Origin: a virus
Taxonomy: Duplodnaviria; Caudoviricetes
IMG/VR virus record: IMGVR_UViG_3300008116_000002
Direction: 5' to 3' (one strand)
DNA length: 64,000 bases
Shown: one piece after another, positions 54,401 through 64,000 of the stretch
Layout: each line of letters opens with the position of its first letter
How positions within the stretch are numbered: position 1 is the first letter of the stretch
Translations under genes and position numbers: made by a program
Notes under the pieces: model-generated
Told to the model about the DNA's origin: nothing
What the model saw: only the letters and a program-made list of their open reading frames with translations
The model's database searches: none

Positions 54401-55809
54401 GTCCGATGATGACGACTGCAAATGTGGTAGAAAAGGATAACCTATATTTTACAATTCAACGAGTATTTGATACCTTATCATATGCAAATTTAGGATTAAA
54501 CAATCTAACAGTTATCGGTGATTTAGAAGTACTTGGGAATACCGTTACTCTAAATACCGGTATTCTTACTGTTGAAGATAAAAACATTACGCTGGCAAAT
54601 GGATCTACTTCTGCTGCGGTAGCAGATGGTGCAGGTATTCATGTCGCCGGCGCCGGCGCCAATATCATTTATGAAGTCGCAGGTGATGTTTGGGGCTTTA
54701 ATAAAGATATTAGAGTTACCGGCAATATAATTGCAACCGCAAACTTAATTGCGAATGGCTTAATAATCAGAAACATTAACGTATCTGATACTGTTCTTGC
54801 AGGTAACGTAACAGGTACGGCTGTTACTGGAGCAAATTTATTAGCTGATAGTGTAACAGCTAATATTTGGAATAGATTATATACTGCAAATGTAATTGAA
54901 ACTGCAGGTAATTTATATTTCACAACTGCAAGGGCAAGAGCATCCTTTACTGCTGGCGAAAATGTTACGATTACTGATGGTGAAATTTCAGCACAATTAG
55001 GATCTACAGTTGTAGTTAATGATAGCACAACAGTTGTGGCTGCAGCAAATACTTTAACCTATTCAATGGGTAGAAATATAACTGATCCAAGAAACGTATT
55101 AGTTATTATCGAAGGTTTATTGCAGATACCTACAACAGATTATACTGTTAGTGGTTCTAGTTTAACATTAACCTCGCAGCCTCCGGTTGGTACTAGTATT
55201 GAAATAAGATTCTTTGGTACTGAGGCATTTAGATCTACTACACCATCAACACTTGCTACAGTTAATACATTTGTTGGTAACGGAGCAAATTCTAGTTTCA
55301 ATTTAACAGTTAGTCCTCCAAGTAAATCATATGTTACCGTAGTTATTGACGGTGTTACGCAATTAGCTGAAGCATATGAAATAGTAGGTACAACTTTAAT
55401 TTTAGATGAAGCACCAGATAATTCTGCAAATATTGATGTAAGAATTATAACCGGTGTTGGTACAGGTGCATTCAACACCAGAACATTTAATGGCGACGGT
55501 GCCAATACTAATTTTACAATTACTTCAGGGTTTTCCAACGATACTATACTTGTATTTGAGAATGGTGTTGCGCAGGTACCTGTTACCGATTATAATGTTT
55601 CAGGAACCACATTACAATTTACAACAGCACCCGCACCAAATGTAATTGTTCAAATTAGGGAATTAGGAGTGGTTCCGAACGTAAGTCAACAATCTAATAA
55701 TTTAGTTTTTGTTATGGCAAATTCATTACATTGGCAAGGCGAAACTATTACAACAGTTTCTGCAGCATTAAATCAATTAGCAGCTAGACTATACACCGCA
55801 GGTTATTAA
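51403..55809 (+). CDS. Long tail fibre with tandem repeats
   Basis: N-terminus similar to 39706 gene (SGR...RYxFxxxxxxEPxLGLP); many LTTANVxE..NLYFT repeats; C-terminal FxGxGxxxxF / VxIDGVxQ domains. Confidence 0.78.
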   Translation: MTKLISGRIAKVDSANVSADRYQFIELSETEPDLGLPSELGQIFTSDLSGNRYWVRLDTANVTELNNLYFTNTRVISALVGANVSLNNLIVSGDLEVQGNLVTLNVVSVSIEDKNLLLANGATNSAAADGAGITIAGANAEITYQNTGDRINFNKPVNVQGNLTIDGSFVGNGLIIRNIAVTDEILTGNILGQGFTSNTIVVSETLTGNIITANVVTSKEWYGIYTANVLETSGNLYYTNDRVFSFVTGMSIGDLVDVANIYTHNGGAYVGIQEGQALVWDGNVFIPVFVNSEVANVADLAVKVLNLENQTTANVREAASNLYFTNTRVLDAISLATINPNNINANNIVVDSITANIWNRIYTANVIETAGNLYFTTQRARSSVSNSTGVYYSSDNGVFSIGQDVAITSDVQFRDLTLSGNLFILGNVAIIAANTLEINDPIIHLGLGNPGDQWDIGFVGHYVDAGDRHTGLFRDATDKKFKFFSNTTVDPSNVNYIDTTEDSFRLASVVAETFEGNVIGTVSSIANHNTDALAEGVNNLYYTNARTVQTVTPLLTTANVVELTNQYFTNVRVLQAVEPRLTTANVVELTNQYFTNVRVLQAVEPRLTTANVTELDNLYFTNARVLANVEQMSVNVFADVDISGVAVNATLVWDGTKFVPGSTDTSLRSNFANAATFANIAGSSNVALLADLANLVSSLSNHNTSNLAEGTNLYYTNSRVLSALVFANVLVADLTAAGNLVANGLIIRGINVNDNFLTGNINITNIAAANVINANIISAQQWQGIYTANVIESPTNLYFTNTRAISVVTPLLTTANVNEFGSNLYFTPERVVQTVTPLLTTANVNEFGSNLYFTPERVVQTVTPLLTTANVNETGANLYFTPTRVVQTVTPLLTTANVNETGANLYFTNARVLASLVNANVLVADLTAAGNLVANGLIIRGINVTDAVLTGNLTVTNITNGNVIIANVISSQVWQNLYSGNIIESTNLFFSNARVNVAVRPMMTTANVVEKDNLYFTIQRVFDTLSYANLGLNNLTVIGDLEVLGNTVTLNTGILTVEDKNITLANGSTSAAVADGAGIHVAGAGANIIYEVAGDVWGFNKDIRVTGNIIATANLIANGLIIRNINVSDTVLAGNVTGTAVTGANLLADSVTANIWNRLYTANVIETAGNLYFTTARARASFTAGENVTITDGEISAQLGSTVVVNDSTTVVAAANTLTYSMGRNITDPRNVLVIIEGLLQIPTTDYTVSGSSLTLTSQPPVGTSIEIRFFGTEAFRSTTPSTLATVNTFVGNGANSSFNLTVSPPSKSYVTVVIDGVTQLAEAYEIVGTTLILDEAPDNSANIDVRIITGVGTGAFNTRTFNGDGANTNFTITSGFSNDTILVFENGVAQVPVTDYNVSGTTLQFTTAPAPNVIVQIRELGVVPNVSQQSNNLVFVMANSLHWQGETITTVSAALNQLAARLYTAGY
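53065..53231 (+). repeat. Perfect 78-bp tandem repeat (2 copies plus partial)
   Basis: LTTANVVELTNQYFTNVRVLQAVEPR encoded twice with identical DNA at 53065 and 53143. Confidence 0.92.
53824..54135 (+). repeat. 81-bp tandem repeat (4 copies)
   Basis: Units start at 53824, 53905, 53986, 54067; VTPLLTTANVNE(F/T)G(S/A)NLYFT. Confidence 0.92.
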
Positions 55810-55824
55810 ACATAAATAATTTAT

Positions 55825-56235
55825 ATGGCAAGAAGAATAAGCAGATTACAAATAGAAACAAGTGCAGCTAGTAACAATGACATACTGGTTGTGGAGGCTG
55901 GCGACTTTGTTTTTAAGAATCTTGCCAATGTCTACGCTGGCATTAGTCCAAATTCAAATGTGGAAGGTAATATTAGATTTACCGGTTCGGTAACTGCTAA
56001 TTCTTTTGCTTCTGCAGGCACGGGTACTCCCACAGTAAGTTCTGAAACAAGTATTAATCTAAGTGCTAATGGTGCAAATGGTGGCGCAGTAGTAGTACAA
56101 AATTCAGCCTTAAGATTAAGATCATATTCTACTGGAAATTTATCCTCTCTTACTGCAGTTGAGGGAGATCTAGTTTACAATAATACAACTAAAACTCTCC
56201 AATTTTATAATGGTACAGTTTGGGCAAACGTCTAA
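55825..56235 (+). CDS. Small tail-fibre-associated protein
   Basis: CATAAATA box at 55811-55818; C-terminal GDLVYNNTTKTLQFYNGTVW. Confidence 0.7.
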   Translation: MARRISRLQIETSAASNNDILVVEAGDFVFKNLANVYAGISPNSNVEGNIRFTGSVTANSFASAGTGTPTVSSETSINLSANGANGGAVVVQNSALRLRSYSTGNLSSLTAVEGDLVYNNTTKTLQFYNGTVWANV

Positions 56236-56254
56236 GAATTAGATAAAGAATCAA

Positions 56255-59496
<3,242 letters not shown>

Positions 59497-59497
<1 letters not shown>

Positions 59498-60567
59498 TGG
59501 CTCTTTTAAATGACGGAGAAATTAGTCTAGGTGGTAGTTCTACAGGTAGATCTATAAATTTAGAATTAAGCAAATTACCCGCAGCCATAGTTAGTCTTAA
59601 TGATTCGGATGTACGAAGTCTAGCCGGCATTCTATCCGGCACTATTTCCCTAGAAAATTTTTACGGTAAATCTGTCTACATATATGGGCAGGAAGAATTT
59701 ACCTCGGCTGGAACCTACACCTGGGTTTGTCCAGAAGGAGTTACCGCAGTATCTGTTTTATGCATAGGCGGTGGCGGCGGCGGTGATGCAGGTTCTGATC
59801 TTATTGGCGTAGGTGGAGGCGGCGGTGGCGGCGGTCTTGCCTACAGAAATAATATTTCCGTTATACCAGGACAAAGCTATACCATAGTTGTAGGTGCAGG
59901 CGGATTCGGTCAGATTACAGTGAATAGAGTAACTACACAAGTAAGTACAGATGGTGGACAATCTAGCGCATTTTCCTGCATTGCGACGGGCGGGGCAAAA
60001 GGTGCCAGAACTGCTGCCACAGTCGTAATTGGTTCAACCGCGGATGGCGATGGTGGGGGAAGATCGGGAGTATTTAATGGTGGGGCATCAGGCGGAGTAG
60101 GTGGTTCAATCGACACTTCCGTTTTAGGATTTAGAGGACCTGGGGGTGGCGGAGCTGCAGGTTATACTGGCACAGGAGGCTATGGCGCACGTGGTCAAAG
60201 GGCATCTGGCACACCAACTTCTGCTGCAGGATTTGCTGGAGGACCAGGAGCAGGTGGCGGCGCAGGCGGTGGAGGCTCAGCTTTTAGAAGCGATGTTGTT
60301 AGAGTAGCCACCGGAGCAGGTGGAGGTGGTGTAGGAATTTATGGCGCAGGTCCCAATGGCGCAGGTGGCACGGGTGGTTCCTCAACCGTAGCTGCGGTGG
60401 ATGGTGGTGATGGTTCAAGTGGTTCTTTTGGCTATTATGGTGCAGGTGGAGGTGGAGGAGTAGGTGGAGATTCTAGATCAGCACAGGACGGAAAAAACGG
60501 TGCGGTAAGAATTATTTGGCCTGGTCAATTAAGAGCATTCCCACAAACAATTACAGAAAATGTATAA
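59497..60567 (+). CDS. Glycine-rich tail-tip adhesin candidate
   Basis: TAATG-coupled to the fibre gene; short N-domain GEISL...SLND..VRSLAG...ISLENFYGKS then polyglycine motifs. Confidence 0.65.
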
Positions 60568-62149
60568 AGAATATATTGTTAGCTTAAATCGAGGTGTGGA
60601 TTACGACGCTTTCTGGAATCAAATAGAAAACGAGAGCGAAAACGATTCCTTTGTACCATCTAGACGAGTAGAAATAATTAATAATAGAGATGGTAGCTCA
60701 CGTAGTTGCCATTATTCTTTAACAGATGAAGAAGCGGCAAACTTAAAAAATGATTCTAGAGTTTATTCGGTTGAAATTCCCCCTGATCAAAGAGACGATG
60801 TAAAAATTGGTCTAAGAGCTTTTCAGGTAGGAGACTTTTCAAAAGGAAATTCTTCTTCGGGTGACAGAAGAAACTGGGGATTAAAAAGGATAAACGAAGC
60901 AACAAATGTCTATGGCACAGGTAATACTGCAAATGATATTTACAAGTATATCTTAGATGGCACAGGCGTAGATGTAGTTATACAAGATAGCGGTATTGAA
61001 GTTGCTCATCCTGAATTTAAAGATGATGCGGGCAGCTCAAGAGTACAACAAATAAATTGGTATACTGAAAGTGGCTTAGGTGGAACACAGAATGCAAATC
61101 ATTACAGAGATTTTGATGGCCATGGAACTCACGTAGCAGGAATTGTTGCAGGCAAAACTTTTGGTTGGGCAAAAAATGCAAGAATATATTCCCTGAAGGT
61201 TAATGGTCTTGAGGGAGCAGGCGATACTAACACAGGTATTTCCATTACAGATTGCTTTGATGTAATTAAACTTTGGCATAGAAGAAAACCAATAGATCCT
61301 AAAACAGGATTTAGAAGACCAACCATTGTTAATATGAGTTGGGGATATAGTTTAACATATTCAAGTGTATCATCTGTAACCTATAGAGGAACAACTTACA
61401 CTGACGGAAGTACTACAGGAGATGCTGCATACCGCTGGACAAATTATGGCTTAGTTAATTTGACCAGTGGAGGAAACTTTGTAACTAATTTTAGATTGGG
61501 TTCTGTTGATACAGATATACAAGAATTAATAGATGAGGGAATACATGTTGTAATTGCGGGTGGAAATAATTATCATAAAATAGATGTACCATCAGGAGTA
61601 GATTATAATAATAGTTTTGTAACTGGTGGTTCCACATATGAATATCATAGGGGGTCTAGTCCGTATGATGATGAGGCATTAAAGGTTGGAAATATTGATA
61701 CCATCACTTTTAACGCAGTACAAGACCAAAAAGCACATTCAAGTGAAACAGGGCCAGGTATAGATATTTGGGCACCGGGTGCAAACGTAGTAAGTGCAAC
61801 AAGTAACATTAATGAATATAGCAATGTTTCATATAATTTAGATTCAGGTTTTAAGCAAATTAATTTAAGCGGTACATCTATGGCAGCCCCGCAGGTATGC
61901 GGAGTAGGCGCACTTGTTTTACAATTAAATCCAGGATTAACCCCTGCAAATTTAAAGAACTGGTTTGTTACAAAAGCAGTAAGTAATTCGGTTATATATA
62001 CTTCGAATGTCAACAATGATTACACTAATACAAGATCGTTGTTAGGCGGAAATAATAGATTTTTATATAATCCATTTGGTATAGAATCAGATTGTAATTT
62101 AGTTGGTCCTGTAACCATTACCAATGGAGCATTTACTTTAGAAAAATAA
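60560..62149 (+). CDS. Subtilisin-like serine protease (S8) with I9-like propeptide
   Basis: VDVVIQDSG (Asp), GHGTHVAG (His), SGTSMAAPQV (Ser). Confidence 0.93.
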   Translation: MYKEYIVSLNRGVDYDAFWNQIENESENDSFVPSRRVEIINNRDGSSRSCHYSLTDEEAANLKNDSRVYSVEIPPDQRDDVKIGLRAFQVGDFSKGNSSSGDRRNWGLKRINEATNVYGTGNTANDIYKYILDGTGVDVVIQDSGIEVAHPEFKDDAGSSRVQQINWYTESGLGGTQNANHYRDFDGHGTHVAGIVAGKTFGWAKNARIYSLKVNGLEGAGDTNTGISITDCFDVIKLWHRRKPIDPKTGFRRPTIVNMSWGYSLTYSSVSSVTYRGTTYTDGSTTGDAAYRWTNYGLVNLTSGGNFVTNFRLGSVDTDIQELIDEGIHVVIAGGNNYHKIDVPSGVDYNNSFVTGGSTYEYHRGSSPYDDEALKVGNIDTITFNAVQDQKAHSSETGPGIDIWAPGANVVSATSNINEYSNVSYNLDSGFKQINLSGTSMAAPQVCGVGALVLQLNPGLTPANLKNWFVTKAVSNSVIYTSNVNNDYTNTRSLLGGNNRFLYNPFGIESDCNLVGPVTITNGAFTLEK

Positions 62150-62150
62150 T

Positions 62151-62540
62151 ATGCAATTTGAATTGACTGAAGATAATTTTATTATGTTTGCGGTAAAAAA
62201 TTACGATAATCCTGGTTGTGTGGGGATGGATGAATTTTATGATGACTTAAAAAGATTTAAGTATATAAAAAGATTACTTAGAAAACATAATGTTGGTAAA
62301 GATTTAAAAGAAAGATTAATTTTAAATCACATTATAGTTCTTGGTAATTTGTTTGGGGTTGAAGCCACAACTAAAATGTTATTTTTTAAACTTGAGAAAA
62401 AGTTTTGGCCTCAGATAAAAACCTTTTTAGTATTTCTAAATTATATGCCATTAAAAGTTATAGTATCACCGGGTGTGGAAATTTTAGATATAGACATACC
62501 GATCGACGAAAAAATTTTTGAAACTTTAAAGACAATCTAA
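62151..62540 (+). CDS. Conserved T4-like hypothetical protein
   Basis: ELTEDNFIMFAVKNYDNP...EFYDDLKRFKYIKRLL...RLILNHIIVLGNLFG. Confidence 0.8.
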   Translation: MQFELTEDNFIMFAVKNYDNPGCVGMDEFYDDLKRFKYIKRLLRKHNVGKDLKERLILNHIIVLGNLFGVEATTKMLFFKLEKKFWPQIKTFLVFLNYMPLKVIVSPGVEILDIDIPIDEKIFETLKTI

Positions 62541-62541
62541 T

Positions 62542-63111
62542 ATGGGACGATTTGTAGATTCAATTATTGCTTATAGAATTTTAACATTATTAGTTACTCC
62601 TTTTGAAAATACTGAGGCATTTCGTCGCGGAATAATTGATACCAAAGGCAAAGAATTAAAAAAGATGAGCGATCTTAAATCTGTTGAAGATAGAGACGCT
62701 TATACTTTATTACATAGATTAGTATATAGAATAAAAAGAATAATAGAGAAAGTGCCCATTGATAATAAAAAGATTGTATCTTTAGCTGCGGCATATTCTC
62801 TAATTAAAGAACATCTGAATAATAATAAAGAACCAATAAATTTAGAAGAACAATATCTTAAAAGACTAGATACTAATCTTAACGAAGAAGTTGCTTATTT
62901 AGAAACACTTATGGAAAAGAACAAGATGTTTACGTTTAAGCAATTTACTGAGGAAAATGGTCCAGTCGCAGCAGCTCCCGCAAATAACGCAGCAGCTACA
63001 CCTGGCATTGCAGGTTTAGGAAAAGATGTACCTGTTAGTGTAAAAGCGCAAAAAAGATATACCTCTAAAAATTCTAAATTTATGTTTAGACGAGGAAAAG
63101 TAAATGGCTGA
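62542..63111 (+). CDS. Conserved T4-like hypothetical protein
   Basis: DSIIAYRILTLLVTPFENTEAFRRGIID..G; internal FTFKQFTEE motif. Confidence 0.75.
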   Translation: MGRFVDSIIAYRILTLLVTPFENTEAFRRGIIDTKGKELKKMSDLKSVEDRDAYTLLHRLVYRIKRIIEKVPIDNKKIVSLAAAYSLIKEHLNNNKEPINLEEQYLKRLDTNLNEEVAYLETLMEKNKMFTFKQFTEENGPVAAAPANNAAATPGIAGLGKDVPVSVKAQKRYTSKNSKFMFRRGKVNG

Positions 63112-63445
63112 GCAAAAGATTAGAGATCTAGATACAGATATTAGAGTGTCTGTTTTAGAAACTCAGGTTAATTCGTTAACTCATGATCTTGAGAAAATAG
63201 AAAAGAAAATTGATGATAACTATTCAGTTCTCCACACCAGAATAAATGAATTGGATGAGGCGTTTGAAATAAAAAATGAAAAGATATTGAAAAAGATAGA
63301 TGACCATAGTTTGGCAAGCACCCAACACACCAGAGAACTTTTGGATAAGATTAATAAAATCGAAAAATGGAGATGGATGATTATGGGCGGGGCCTTGGTT
63401 GCTGGTTATGTTCTGGCACATATTAGAATGGAAAATCTATTTTAA
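63104..63445 (+). CDS. Coiled-coil protein with C-terminal TM helix
   Basis: Heptad region, then EKWRWMIMGGALVAGYVLA. Confidence 0.7.
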   Translation: MAEQKIRDLDTDIRVSVLETQVNSLTHDLEKIEKKIDDNYSVLHTRINELDEAFEIKNEKILKKIDDHSLASTQHTRELLDKINKIEKWRWMIMGGALVAGYVLAHIRMENLF

Positions 63446-63448
63446 CAC

Positions 63449-63477
63449 TTGACATTCTACCTGTGATATAATATAAT
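63449..63477 (+). promoter_or_regulatory. Sigma70-type promoter (primase)
   Basis: TTGACA-17 bp-TATAAT. Confidence 0.8.
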
Positions 63478-63499
63478 TTAGGCTTATATAGGAGCCTAA

Positions 63500-64000
63500 A
63501 TGTCTTTATTTGTCGATCTAAAATATTTAAAATTAGTTAGTTCACAACTGCCCCTTTTTAAACAAAAGGGCGATCATCTATATAATTGCAGATGTATCAT
63601 CTGTGGTGATTCTTCCAAAAAGAAAAATAGAGCAAGGGGATACTTTTACTCATCGAAGAACGAACTGTATTATAAGTGTCACAATTGCAGCGCTTCTATG
63701 CACTTTGGTTCATTTCTAAAACAGTTTTTTAATGTACAATATAATCATTATGCTTTAGAAAGATATGGTCAAGGAATTCCAAAAAATAAACCTCATCAAA
63801 GTGTTGAGGAAAAATTTAAAATGGCTGAACCTGTTTTTGAAAAGAAAACCGAAAGACTTATTGATAAAATTTTAGATAGAGTAGATACCTTACCCGAGGA
63901 TCATATTGCAGTAAAGTTTTGCGAAAAAAGAAAAATTCCTGTAGAAAAGTATGAGGATATATACTTCATTGATAATGTTAAAAACATAGAACAACTAAGT
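63500..64000 (+). CDS. 61: DNA primase (gp61), 3'-truncated by the window
   Basis: Manual translation MSLFVDLKYLKLVSSQLPLFKQKGDHLYNCRCIICGDSSKKKNRARGYFY...YYKCHNC (zinc ribbon); SD AGGAG. Confidence 0.95.
   Translation, partial: MSLFVDLKYLKLVSSQLPLFKQKGDHLYNCRCIICGDSSKKKNRARGYFYSSKNELYYKCHNCSASMHFGSFLKQFFNVQYNHYALERYGQGIPKNKPHQSVEEKFKMAEPVFEKKTERLIDKILDRVDTLPEDHIAVKFCEKRKIPVEKYEDIYFIDNVKNIEQLS

Overview
64-kb segment of a large, AT-rich T4-like (Tevenvirinae-related, gp55-type TATAAATA late promoters) myophage, most likely infecting a freshwater betaproteobacterium (inferred from the PqqA, AhpC/AhpD, omega and HemA-like sequences). Layout: clamp loader gp62-regA-pqqA-hsp20; an inverted lysis cassette (GH19 endolysin, lipoprotein, membrane proteins); gp43 polymerase, SNase, UvsX, gp41 helicase; early genes and Ugd; an 11-kb tRNA region (25 tRNAs, 19 amino acids, no Phe found) interleaved with putative structured ncRNAs, homing-type endonucleases and host-takeover genes; a late block of proteins carrying a capsid-targeting-like N-terminal motif; about 27 kb of baseplate/tail-fibre genes with a glycosyltransferase-methyltransferase fusion, collagen fibres, a Gly-rich adhesin and a subtilase; and the start of gp61 primase. 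The strongest candidate for a new system is translation-coupled control of the tRNA array. A late promoter drives a 34-codon leader peptide that contains all 20 amino acids, and its stop codon overlaps an antiterminator for the terminator in front of the tRNAs. Three protein genes also overlap tRNA genes, so tRNA maturation would cut their mRNAs. Functional interpretations are inferences from sequence only; no database searches or folding programs were run.
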